From the NCBI GenBank assembly GCA_050250935.1, contig JBFWNS010000002.1, positions 1-64,000 of the forward strand: 64,000 nucleotides of DNA, read 5' to 3'. The position numbers and the translations under genes were made by a program. This document shows positions 28,779-38,314 of the stretch, one piece after another. This DNA comes from Candidatus Margulisiibacteriota bacterium (GTDB taxonomy: Bacteria > Margulisbacteria > Marinamargulisbacteria > JBFWNS01). The notes under the pieces are model-generated. The model was given only the letters and a program-made list of their open reading frames with translations, ran no database searches and was not told the DNA's origin. Each line of letters opens with the position of its first letter. Positions within the stretch are counted from its first letter, which is position 1.

Positions 28779-30551
28779 ATGCATCGATTTTTATCTTTAT
28801 TAAAGTGTTTGCTGATCGCATGGATTGTGTTTTTGCCCACCGTTCTTTTGGCCCTTCCGGCAAGCTTCGTTTTACAAGCAACACTTAAGGACGAGCACAA
28901 CATTCCCCTACAAGGGACCAAAACAACGGTGATCAATTTGTATGAAAAAGACAACACCTCTGTGCTTTGGACCGATACGATTTCGACAACCTTTACAAAT
29001 GGGAACTTTAAATTGGCCATTGGTTCAGATACCAAGCCGTTAAACAAATCCCTTTTTCTTAAAAACGGACTCGAAATTGAATTGGTGGTTAATGGGGTTA
29101 CCTTAACCCGGATTCCATTTAGCGCATTCCCCTATGCTTTTTACGCCCGCGATGCCCAATTTGCAGAAAGCATCACCGGCACCCTCAACGCGTCTCAAAT
29201 TAGCGGCATTATTCCCTTAAGCAACCTCCCAACTTTGAATGCTGGCAGTGCCGATTGGACTTCGGTTACTGGAAAACCCGTCTTTGGCACTTTGGCTTTG
29301 AAAAATGGGATTTCTGAAGCTGATATCACTGGCAATATTTCCATTTCCAGAATCACCGGCAACATCGTCGTCGATTGGGACAACATCAGTAACAAACCCG
29401 CCATCCCAACCAGCAACCCGCCTGTGGATTGGAACTCCGTTGGCGACAAACCTGTCTTTGGGGCTTTGGCTTTGAAAAACGGCATTTCTGAAGCCGACAT
29501 CACTGGCAACATTTCCATTTCCAGAATCACCGGCAACATCGTCGTCGATTGGGACAACATCAGTAACAAACCGGTCATCCCAACCAGCAACCCGCCTGTC
29601 GATTGGAACTCGGTTGGCGACAAACCTGTCTTTGGGGCCTTGGCTTTGAAAAATGGCATTTCTGAAGCCGACATCACTGGCAACATTTCCATTTCCAGAA
29701 TCACCGGCAACATCGTCGTCGATTGGGACAACATCAGTAACAAACCGGTCATCCCAACCAGCAACCCGCCTGTGGATTGGAACTCCGTTGGCGACAAACC
29801 GGTGTTTGGGGCTTTGGCCACACGCAACGTCATCTCTGAAGCCGACATTACCGGCAACATTTCCATTTCTAGAATCACCGGGAATATTGTTGTCGATTGG
29901 GACAACATCAGTGGCAAACCCACCTTCTCCAGCGGCAACATCTCGGCTCAAGATCTGATTCTTGGCGACATCAGTGGAACTTTAAATGCCCAGCAAATCC
30001 CTCAAAATCTTTTTACCGCTTCCATGATTGGGGGCTTGGGAAATTTGGCCACTCGCAATGTGATTTCTGAAGCCGACATTACGGGCAACATTTCGATTTC
30101 CAGAATCACCGGCAACATTGTTGTGGATTGGGACAACATCAGCAACAAACCCAGCATCCCAACCAGCAATTCAACCACATCCAACATTGCCCTGATTACC
30201 AATAATTTGGTTGTCACAGGGAATCTTGTGGCCCAAAAAGGGGTCTACATCACCCAGCAAGACAATGGCAGCAGCGCAGCAATAGATTGGACAAGTTCAA
30301 CCCGCCAAAAAATCACCTTGGCAACCACAAATCCCACCTTTACCTTCACCGCTCCCCCACAACCCGGCATGTTGATGTTAATTGTGTACTACAGCGCCAG
30401 CAGCTCCCTTTCCCCAAGTTGGCCTGCAAATGTTAAATGGCCATCGGGAACAGTTCCAACTTTATCCGGAACCATTGGCAAAAATGATATTATTCAATTT
30501 TATTATGATGGCACTTCTTACTTTGGGTTAAGCATCGTTGGATTTCAATAA
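28779..30551 (+). CDS. Exported phage-tail-fibre-like adhesin with internal repeats
   Basis: Signal peptide; Q..L.D....P..G...I.LY...LW...NG.F...IG then FPYAFYA..A; W..I..KP repeats; C-terminal WPANVKWP.GT.P.LS...K.DI. Confidence 0.75.
   Translation: MHRFLSLLKCLLIAWIVFLPTVLLALPASFVLQATLKDEHNIPLQGTKTTVINLYEKDNTSVLWTDTISTTFTNGNFKLAIGSDTKPLNKSLFLKNGLEIELVVNGVTLTRIPFSAFPYAFYARDAQFAESITGTLNASQISGIIPLSNLPTLNAGSADWTSVTGKPVFGTLALKNGISEADITGNISISRITGNIVVDWDNISNKPAIPTSNPPVDWNSVGDKPVFGALALKNGISEADITGNISISRITGNIVVDWDNISNKPVIPTSNPPVDWNSVGDKPVFGALALKNGISEADITGNISISRITGNIVVDWDNISNKPVIPTSNPPVDWNSVGDKPVFGALATRNVISEADITGNISISRITGNIVVDWDNISGKPTFSSGNISAQDLILGDISGTLNAQQIPQNLFTASMIGGLGNLATRNVISEADITGNISISRITGNIVVDWDNISNKPSIPTSNSTTSNIALITNNLVVTGNLVAQKGVYITQQDNGSSAAIDWTSSTRQKITLATTNPTFTFTAPPQPGMLMLIVYYSASSSLSPSWPANVKWPSGTVPTLSGTIGKNDIIQFYYDGTSYFGLSIVGFQ
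29253..30170 (+). repeat. Coding 174-bp (58-aa) tandem repeat, 4 units plus a displaced partial fifth
   Basis: Units start GATTGG at 29253, 29427, 29601 and 29775; partial copy at ~30036-30170. Confidence 0.95.
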
Positions 30552-30563
30552 AGGGGCGTGGCA

Positions 30564-33500
30564 ATGAAACCGATTAAACGGCTGTGTCTTATTCTGTTAG
30601 CCGTCTTGGCTATTTTAAATGCATCCACCCCGTTTGCAGCCGATAAAAAAGTCATTTCCTACTATACCAATTGGGCCCAATACCGACAGGGCGATCGGAA
30701 ATTTTTTCCTTCCAACATTGATGCCAAACTCTATACCCACATTGTTTATGGCTTTGCCGATATTTTATACAACGAAGTCAACAACAAACCGGCCCTAACC
30801 CCCAGCAATTCTTATAATTTTCGTCTTGTTCCTTTCGAATGGAACGATGTTAAAGAGTGGACAGTGGGTGTGGATTGGACCACGCCTCAAGGGTATTACT
30901 TTGATGTCATTAACAAAAAGCAGGAAAATCCGAATCTTAAAGTTTTGATTTCCGTAGGCGGTTGGAATTTTAACGACCCCAACTATACCGACTATGTTTC
31001 TCACCACGGGTTATCCCCGGCGTGGATTTTTACCACCATTTGCTCGACACCCGAAAACCGCGCCGACTTTATTCGGAATGTGATTACTTTTTGCCGAACC
31101 TATGGCTTTGATGGAATTGATATTGACTGGGAATACACCGGTATTTCAGGTCGAAATTCCATGTTGGATTCGAATGGCAATCTGGTTCCATCCACTTTTA
31201 ACGATCGGGTGAACTATCCGCTTTTGATTCAAGAAATGCGGCAAGCGTTTCATCAAGAAGCCCTTCAAACCAATCGCCCTGAATTGGTGCTATCCATTGC
31301 GGTTGCGGCTGGACAAGGCAATACCGCCGGCTACGACTTTGACAACATTTCGCCCTATGTCGACTGGATCGGCCTCATGACCTATGACTATCACGGCGGC
31401 TTTGATGCCAAAACAGGCGCCACTGCTCCCCTTTACAAAGACTCGGATCCAAATGGACAGTTTTCCTTTGCGGATACCGTCTCGCATTACCGCAACGTTT
31501 TAGGTGTTCCCGCAGACAAACTGGTCCTGGGTTTTGGTGCCTATGGACGAGGCTGGTCTGGGGTTGCATCGCCAACTTTTAATATCTCGAGCTCAGGGTC
31601 TTCTCCCGCCGGTCCATTTACGCAATCTGCTGGCTATTTGGCCTATTATGAAATCGAAGACTACATTAAAAACCATGGCTATGTCCGATATTTTGATGAC
31701 GCCACAGGAACCCCTTTTATCTACAACAGCACCGACCGTGTTTTGGTCAGCTATGATGACCAAGAATCGTTTAATAAAAAAGTTGATTTTCTACTTCAAA
31801 ATAACCTAGCTGGTGCCATGACTTGGGCCATGGACTTGGATTCTTTTTTGCCTAGCGACACCACCCAAAATGCCTTGCAAAAAGTTTTGTACGACCGCCT
31901 TTTGGCCGGGGTTACACCCAATCAAACCACCGTCACAACCAACTATTACCCCGACACTTGGACAACCTTATCCCCCAAAAAACTACTGGTCTATTATGGC
32001 TGGCCTTCGGCCATTAATGGGACTTTCAGCACGGCCAATGCCAGTGCTGTTTTTCAAAACTATCACTATGCTGTTCTGGGGGCTGGTCTTGAAGATCCCA
32101 GCCATGGCGACCATTTAAACACCCAACAAATTATCGTTGGGACCCCCTCAACTAAGTTTTTTGGTTATATTGATTTGGGGGTTAGCCCAGGCTCCAATTG
32201 GAGCACTTCCAACATTGCGGCCAAAGTGGATGCTTGGAAATCCATGGGTATCTACGGCATTTTCCTGGATGATTTCGGCTATGATTTTGGGGTAACCCGT
32301 CAGCGTCAAAATGAGGTTGTGGATTATATTCACAACCAAGGGCTTTGTGTGGTGGCCAATGCCTGGGTTCCAGACGATGTTTTTGGCAACACCGTTAATG
32401 GATCCAATCCAACTGGCACCGCATCGAAACTAAATGCCACCGATTATTATTTATTTGAAAGTTTTCAGATCAAAGAAGGCGGCTACCAGTCTCAAAGCGA
32501 GTTTGTAACCAAAATGGACAGCCTGAATGCCTATCGAAACACCGTAACATCGTTTAATATTCTCGCAGTTACCACGGCAGCGCCAGCCAATACTTTTAGC
32601 CAATCTCAATTTGATTATGCTTGGTATACCGCAGCGATTAACAGCGTGCGGGGCTTGGGTTGGGGCGAATACGACTTTTCTGCAAATTCTGCTCAAGCTC
32701 CCTTGCGAGCCAGACCTACGCCCACACTTGGAAATACATTTACCTCCGCAGCGCAACTATCTGGCCCCACCCAAAACAGAACCACGGAATTGGGGACACT
32801 CAGCATAAATTTTAATACCCACATTGGGAGCTTTAGCACGCCCAATGCCGCAGTTGAAGTGGTTTCCGCCAATGCCAACATTATTACTATGGGGTATGTT
32901 GAAAACCTAAGAACAGGCGGAACCAGCGCCATTTCAAAATTAAACTACGACTCTATCGATTATATTGTGCACGGCTTTGTTCGCCCCGAAGCCAATGGCA
33001 GCCTTTCGGAAACAACCAATTTCGCCACCTATCGCCAAGCCGGATTGGCAACGACCACCCACCAACATGGCAAAAAAATTATCATGAGTATTGGCGGCGC
33101 CCTCGATTCGACATATTTTTCAACGATTGCCGCCAGCACTGCCTTGCGCGCCACCTTCGTTGGCAACGTGGTTACGGCTTTACAATCTTGGGGCTATGAC
33201 GGCGTGGACATCGACTGGGAGTTTCCAGAGTCCGAAAGCGACAAACAAAATTTCACCCTCCTCATGCAAGCCTTGTACACCGCCGTTAAACAAGCCAACC
33301 CCAACCATGTGGTGATGTTTGGTGCAAGCCCAGCCGATAAATTGGCAATGGTTGATTGGGCACAAATTAAATTTTACACAGACTATGCCTTTTATTTTGG
33401 CTATGACTGGAAAAACCCAGCCAATGGGCCTTTGCAAAAAGGACCTCTAAACAATCCCCCTCAGCAATGGATTGCGCCTTATACCGAACACATCGATGCC

Positions 33501-33911
33501 TCTGTCTCTGGGGCTTTAAACTATATCCTTTCAAAAGGATTCCCAGAATCCAAACTCATTATGGGTATTCCGTTTTATGGCTCCGATAACAGCTCGTGGA
33601 GCAGCATTCGGTCTACGTATATCGCCCAAAAATCACAATTAAGTGTTGATCCATTCTATGCGGAAGTGTTAATTAATAATGTTTGGTGGAATACACCAGA
33701 AGCCATTACGGTTAAGATGAACAAGGTTTTATTACCCGCATCTTCTGTTTTGGCCGGTGGTAAAGTGATTCGCGGTGTCGGATGGTGGGAATTTGGGCAT
33801 GAAGACCCCGATTTTGCCGATCTGTCTTCCGCAGTGTTATCTTGGAAACAAGGACATCCCCCCACGATACCCGTTTTGCCCAATTACAACACTTTCTTTT
33901 GGATGGAGTAA
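30564..33911 (+). CDS. Multidomain glycoside hydrolase: GH18 - GH114/GH135-like TIM barrel - GH18
   Basis: Signal peptide; YYTNWAQYR, SVGGW, FDGIDIDWEY, MTYDYHG; middle domain LLVYYGWP..GIFLDDFGYDF; SIGG, YDGVDIDWEF. Confidence 0.88.
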   Translation: MKPIKRLCLILLAVLAILNASTPFAADKKVISYYTNWAQYRQGDRKFFPSNIDAKLYTHIVYGFADILYNEVNNKPALTPSNSYNFRLVPFEWNDVKEWTVGVDWTTPQGYYFDVINKKQENPNLKVLISVGGWNFNDPNYTDYVSHHGLSPAWIFTTICSTPENRADFIRNVITFCRTYGFDGIDIDWEYTGISGRNSMLDSNGNLVPSTFNDRVNYPLLIQEMRQAFHQEALQTNRPELVLSIAVAAGQGNTAGYDFDNISPYVDWIGLMTYDYHGGFDAKTGATAPLYKDSDPNGQFSFADTVSHYRNVLGVPADKLVLGFGAYGRGWSGVASPTFNISSSGSSPAGPFTQSAGYLAYYEIEDYIKNHGYVRYFDDATGTPFIYNSTDRVLVSYDDQESFNKKVDFLLQNNLAGAMTWAMDLDSFLPSDTTQNALQKVLYDRLLAGVTPNQTTVTTNYYPDTWTTLSPKKLLVYYGWPSAINGTFSTANASAVFQNYHYAVLGAGLEDPSHGDHLNTQQIIVGTPSTKFFGYIDLGVSPGSNWSTSNIAAKVDAWKSMGIYGIFLDDFGYDFGVTRQRQNEVVDYIHNQGLCVVANAWVPDDVFGNTVNGSNPTGTASKLNATDYYLFESFQIKEGGYQSQSEFVTKMDSLNAYRNTVTSFNILAVTTAAPANTFSQSQFDYAWYTAAINSVRGLGWGEYDFSANSAQAPLRARPTPTLGNTFTSAAQLSGPTQNRTTELGTLSINFNTHIGSFSTPNAAVEVVSANANIITMGYVENLRTGGTSAISKLNYDSIDYIVHGFVRPEANGSLSETTNFATYRQAGLATTTHQHGKKIIMSIGGALDSTYFSTIAASTALRATFVGNVVTALQSWGYDGVDIDWEFPESESDKQNFTLLMQALYTAVKQANPNHVVMFGASPADKLAMVDWAQIKFYTDYAFYFGYDWKNPANGPLQKGPLNNPPQQWIAPYTEHIDASVSGALNYILSKGFPESKLIMGIPFYGSDNSSWSSIRSTYIAQKSQLSVDPFYAEVLINNVWWNTPEAITVKMNKVLLPASSVLAGGKVIRGVGWWEFGHEDPDFADLSSAVLSWKQGHPPTIPVLPNYNTFFWME

Positions 33912-33916
33912 AGTTT

Positions 33917-34900
33917 ATGAACCAACGCCTAGTATCTGCCCTTTTTGCCTGTCTTTTTTTGACAGCCCCAGTCTTTGGACAAAGCGTTGGTCTTCGCCTT
34001 GCTCCCTATCTGTCCTATTCTGGCAAAGGGGTTGATGCACTGCCCGAAATCAGTGGCGTTTGGACCTGCGAATATAACAAAGACTGGAGCATCACCTCCA
34101 GTTTGGGGTATTTTCAATACCAACAACAGGGAACCTTTTTCCCTGGCGTTACCTATGGGGTTCGTGGAAACTATAAATTGTCTCCCCATTTTTATGGGGT
34201 TGTTGGTCTTAATGGCGTCACGTCCAGAGGCATTGCAGCAAGCATTGGGGCCATGGCAAAAACACCCCTTTCAGAACGGTATACAGGCGGCATTTTTGTG
34301 ACTTATTCCTCTGCCCAAGACCTTCAAATTGGGGTAGAAATCGAGCAACTTCGATTGCCATCTTTCGATAGCCCCGAACTGTCCAACCTCACCATTGCCG
34401 AAACCAAAGAAGTTGAAAAAACAGAAGACCTTACGTCTAGACAGCGAATCGAAGCCAATATTTTGGCCACACCCAAAACCGCCGTTGTGTTTGAAGATAT
34501 CGCCACCCATTGGGCGAAAAACGATATTCAGTTTACGGCTGAACTGGGTTTGTTTAAAGAATCGCCAGACCATAAATTTAATCCTCAACAAATCCTCTCT
34601 CAGGCCAGCAGTGCCATTGTGATTGGACGCTTGGCCAACTTGCTGGGCCTAACCCGACACAGCGAAACCGAGGTTATTGCTCAAACCCGCAGCACACAGC
34701 CCGAAACCAAAAAGCAATTCCTGCAACGCCTGGCTATTTTGGCCAGCATTCAAGGGGTTATTAAAAATGAAGACCCTTCAGAACTGCTTAAAAACTGCGG
34801 CTATTCCGAAAAAGCCATTCAAAACTTTACTTGGAATAAATCCATTACCCGCGCAGAAGCAGCCAGCTTGCTTGCTCGATATCTGCACAGAGCCGAATGA
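33917..34900 (+). CDS. OM beta-barrel + SLH domain protein
   Basis: ATG after GGAG; beta-strand N-half; FEDIATHWA...F.P..I, ITRAEAA. Confidence 0.75.
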   Translation: MNQRLVSALFACLFLTAPVFGQSVGLRLAPYLSYSGKGVDALPEISGVWTCEYNKDWSITSSLGYFQYQQQGTFFPGVTYGVRGNYKLSPHFYGVVGLNGVTSRGIAASIGAMAKTPLSERYTGGIFVTYSSAQDLQIGVEIEQLRLPSFDSPELSNLTIAETKEVEKTEDLTSRQRIEANILATPKTAVVFEDIATHWAKNDIQFTAELGLFKESPDHKFNPQQILSQASSAIVIGRLANLLGLTRHSETEVIAQTRSTQPETKKQFLQRLAILASIQGVIKNEDPSELLKNCGYSEKAIQNFTWNKSITRAEAASLLARYLHRAE

Positions 34901-36258
34901 GCCGTTTCCAGCTCTTACTGGCATGTTTGGTCGTTCTGATCGCTTCCCCGCTTTTGGCGGAACAACCTGTTTATTACAAATATAGCTTGGGGCCCTATGT
35001 TGGCCTTCATCGCTTTGCACCGTCTAAACAAATGGGGGTAACCGCCGAGATTGGTGGAAGAGCTTCCTATGCCCTCGATGAAAACAGAGGTTGGACTGGC
35101 AGTTTGGGGTTCTCCCCGGCCTTTGAAAATGGCAATGCCCTAACCCTTTTTACGCTTTCCGCCGGATACGAACAAGGGCTTGGCACACAAAAATGGTTTA
35201 ATTCTATGGTCAGACCGGCCATCGGGGTTGGGCTGTTTGCGGACACGGCCAAAGGTGTGTGGCCCTATGTCAGTTTGACGTTTGAATTGGTTGGAGAACC
35301 GCAAGACACAACCGCCATCCGAACCTTGGTGGGTACCGATCAGCTTTATGCCATCGATATTCAAACCAAGTTCCAAAAAATTCTTTTGGCCGAAAAAATT
35401 GAGCCCATTCTTTCAACCCCCGTTCAACTGGAAAACACCAAAAAAACGGGGCTAGCTGCAGCATTAATTGCCCCCAGCCAATTGCTTCATATCCGCTACA
35501 CCTACCGAACCCCAGACGATGTCAGCACCCATTGGGCCAGACGGGAAATTGCAACCCTGACCAGCATTGGCATTTTTGATTCTCCAAACCGACGATTCTA
35601 TCCCAAAACCCTCATGACGGGGTTGGATGCGCTGCGTTTAACCATTTTGGCCACGGACTATTTAGAAGCCGCCAAAGAAGAAAGCGCCTTTAGCACGGTT
35701 GTTGAAAACCTAGATGGACGCAGGGTCTCGGTGAATGTGGCTTTGAACCAAGAGCCTAAATCTTGGACGCTGCTCGATACCAGCTATTCGCCAGGCACCT
35801 ACAAAAACCCCCTACCCTATGCCAACCTTAAAGAGGGCCGCTATGAAATGACCTTGCGTGTTTCTTCGGACGCAGAAGTGGTTACCACCTCCCAACCCGT
35901 GATTGTGGCAACGGTCTATCGACACCTTGCCTGGGCTCCCCAACGCATTAAAGAAGTGGAAACCAAAAATATTGCCACTTTGTCTAAATTTAACCCTGCA
36001 GAATCCATTACCAAGGTTTCTTTTATTCGGCTATTGTCTCAGGTTTATACCCTGTATACCTCGCCCATGCTAGCCGATACCTTGCAGCGGGAACCCCAGC
36101 CTCAGCAGGTGGCAACCTTTGTCAAAACCATAGGCTATACCAGCGATTGGTACGAAGCCATTCCCACGGACGACCCCATTACCCGTGCAGAAGGGGCCTT
36201 GTTAACGTATAAATTGTTACGGGTTCTTTCGCCAGAACATCTACCAACCCCAGACTAA
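34897..36258 (+). CDS. OM beta-barrel + split SLH/Ig-like protein
   Basis: Signal peptide; barrel-like N-terminus; DDVSTHWA..EI, L.EG.Y...L insert, ITRAEGA. Confidence 0.75.
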   Translation: MSRFQLLLACLVVLIASPLLAEQPVYYKYSLGPYVGLHRFAPSKQMGVTAEIGGRASYALDENRGWTGSLGFSPAFENGNALTLFTLSAGYEQGLGTQKWFNSMVRPAIGVGLFADTAKGVWPYVSLTFELVGEPQDTTAIRTLVGTDQLYAIDIQTKFQKILLAEKIEPILSTPVQLENTKKTGLAAALIAPSQLLHIRYTYRTPDDVSTHWARREIATLTSIGIFDSPNRRFYPKTLMTGLDALRLTILATDYLEAAKEESAFSTVVENLDGRRVSVNVALNQEPKSWTLLDTSYSPGTYKNPLPYANLKEGRYEMTLRVSSDAEVVTTSQPVIVATVYRHLAWAPQRIKEVETKNIATLSKFNPAESITKVSFIRLLSQVYTLYTSPMLADTLQREPQPQQVATFVKTIGYTSDWYEAIPTDDPITRAEGALLTYKLLRVLSPEHLPTPD

Positions 36259-37067
36259 AAAAACCGTTTCCAGAAGCTTTTTTTAGTGGACACCGTGGTT
36301 TCCAATTCTGAAGAAGCCTCTTTCTTTTGGGTTTTCAACAGATCAAAATATAAGCCTTCCATTTGGTCTAGCTTCAGGGGAACCCCTTTAACATTCACCA
36401 AAAAAAACCACTGCTTGGCCAGTTCCTGAAGAAACCGATCCGAAAACGGCAGGTGTTGATCATCCAGCAATCTGCGCCAGCTTTTTTCGACAGCCTCACG
36501 TTCTGATACTTTGGGGCAAACGGGCATTACCCCTTGCCTTGCCGGGGCTAAATATTGAATTAAGAACGACTCGACCTGCTCTGCCCCCACGGCCATCATC
36601 AACGCCCGTTGACGCAGCTCGTCTTCCAGCATGGGGGCGTCTCTTAAGGCTTTGTCTTCGTAATACGAGGCACTGATGTCGAGCTTAAAATCTTGGTCGT
36701 GAAGGGTCGAGGTGGCTGGCAATGGCGTGGATTTTGATGCTACCTTTTGAGGATTTGCGTCGGCTTTTTTAAGGGGGCGATGTTCCAATGCAGCCAGCAT
36801 ATTGTCCACTGTCGTATCGACTTTTTCTTGGTCTAGGCGCTTAAAAATCGACAGCCACAGCTTGGACAACTGATCCATAAACACGGCATCGAAAGCGGGG
36901 TATAACGGCTCGATCAGTCCGATCCATTCGTCGGAAACGGTTGCCAGATCTCGGCCTTGGGGTAACGGAATTTCAGGGTGATTGACGGCCGTTCGCAAAT
37001 AGCTTTTCAGAAAGCTTCCATAGTCCCCTTGTTTGATGGCTTCTTGTAGTGCAGCCTTGTTTATCAT
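36255..37067 (-). CDS. Hypothetical protein
   Basis: 270-aa helical ORF ending KKSFWKRFF (amphipathic tail). Confidence 0.6.
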   Translation of the reverse strand: MINKAALQEAIKQGDYGSFLKSYLRTAVNHPEIPLPQGRDLATVSDEWIGLIEPLYPAFDAVFMDQLSKLWLSIFKRLDQEKVDTTVDNMLAALEHRPLKKADANPQKVASKSTPLPATSTLHDQDFKLDISASYYEDKALRDAPMLEDELRQRALMMAVGAEQVESFLIQYLAPARQGVMPVCPKVSEREAVEKSWRRLLDDQHLPFSDRFLQELAKQWFFLVNVKGVPLKLDQMEGLYFDLLKTQKKEASSELETTVSTKKSFWKRFF

Positions 37068-37201
37068 CCTGTATCCCCAACGAATATTGATTCAAATTCT
37101 TTAAGAATCATGCTAGACTTTTTGGGTTAAAAAACCGCTTTGGACCTCTCATTTTGGGTCCACTATCAACCCTCATTCCCAAAAAATCAAGGATTTAAAA
37201 C

Positions 37202-38308
37202 ATGAAGAAGATTGCCGTTATCGGTGGAGATGGCACCGGCCCAGAAGTTGTTGCCGAAGCCACTAAAGTCTTAAAGCACCTTCAGGGGATTCATTCCTTT
37301 CAACTGGACCTTAAACCCCTGCCCTACAACGGCACCCGCTATATTGAAGAAGGCACGCTCTTAACCGATGCCGAACTGGATCATTTAAAAACCTACGACG
37401 CGATTTTATTGGGGGCCATTGGTCATCCCGATGTAAAACCTGGGATTTTGGAACGAGGCATTTTATTGAAACTGCGCTTTGGACTGGATCAATACATTAA
37501 CCTAAGACCGGTTAAGTTATACGAAAATGTGGCCAGTCCGCTTAAAAATAAAACCCCAGACGACATCGACTATGTGGTGGTCCGCGAAAATACCGGAGAC
37601 GTCTACACCGGAATGGGCGGGGTTATGATGAAAGACACGCCCCATGAAGTCGCCACCCAAACCATGATTTACACCCGGCATCAAGTTGAACGTTGCCTTA
37701 AATTTGCCTTTGAATACACTTTAAAACGCCATAAAAACGCTCCCTGGAAAGGGCTCAGTGAAGCCGAAAAAGCAGCTGGCTTTGTTGGAAAAATTACCCT
37801 CTGCGGGAAATCCAATGTGTTGACCCACGTTTTTGATTTGTGGGAAAGAACCTTGGCTGATCTTTCAAAAGCCTACCCAACCATTAAAACCGACTATGTC
37901 CACGTCGATGCCGTTTGCATTTACATGATCGAGTGCCCAGAGCGGTTTGATACCATCGTTACCACCAACATGTTTGGCGACATCATCACCGATTTGGCCG
38001 CTGTTACCCAAGGTGGCATGGGGGTTGCGCCCAGTGGAAACATCAATCCAGAAGGGGTTAGCATGTTCGAGCCTATTGGTGGGACGGCCCCAGCTTTTAC
38101 TGGAAAAAACGAAATTAATCCCATTGCTTGCATCAGTGCCGCACAGTTGATGTTGGCCCACTTGGGATTTGAAGCTGCCAGTGTTCAGCTAGAAGGTGCC
38201 ATTCAACGTACTGTGATGCAAATGAAGAGCATGGCTGCAGCACAAATGGGTTTTTCGACCTCAGAGATTGGCGATTTGGTTTGCAAAGAACTATCAGGAG
38301 CGCAGTAA
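37202..38308 (+). CDS. leuB: 3-isopropylmalate dehydrogenase
   Basis: GDGTGPEV, LLKLR, NLRP, VRENT, KSNVL, NMFGDIITD, FEPIGGTAP. Confidence 0.9.
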   Translation: MKKIAVIGGDGTGPEVVAEATKVLKHLQGIHSFQLDLKPLPYNGTRYIEEGTLLTDAELDHLKTYDAILLGAIGHPDVKPGILERGILLKLRFGLDQYINLRPVKLYENVASPLKNKTPDDIDYVVVRENTGDVYTGMGGVMMKDTPHEVATQTMIYTRHQVERCLKFAFEYTLKRHKNAPWKGLSEAEKAAGFVGKITLCGKSNVLTHVFDLWERTLADLSKAYPTIKTDYVHVDAVCIYMIECPERFDTIVTTNMFGDIITDLAAVTQGGMGVAPSGNINPEGVSMFEPIGGTAPAFTGKNEINPIACISAAQLMLAHLGFEAASVQLEGAIQRTVMQMKSMAAAQMGFSTSEIGDLVCKELSGAQ

Positions 38309-38314
38309 ACGGTT

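Noticed and set aside
29195..29951. Long antisense ORFs over the fibre repeats
   Set aside because: Shadow frames produced by the repeated coding unit; no independent signals
29253..30170. 174-bp repeats as CRISPR or DGR template/variable repeats
   Set aside because: In-frame tandem coding units, mostly synonymous differences, no spacers and no reverse transcriptase
28779..30551. Prophage inferred from the fibre gene
   Set aside because: No capsid, terminase, integrase or other phage genes; the protein has a signal peptide
33860..33911. GH18 tail PTIPVLPNYNTFFWME as a sorting signal
   Set aside because: Single instance, not shared by other exported proteins in the window
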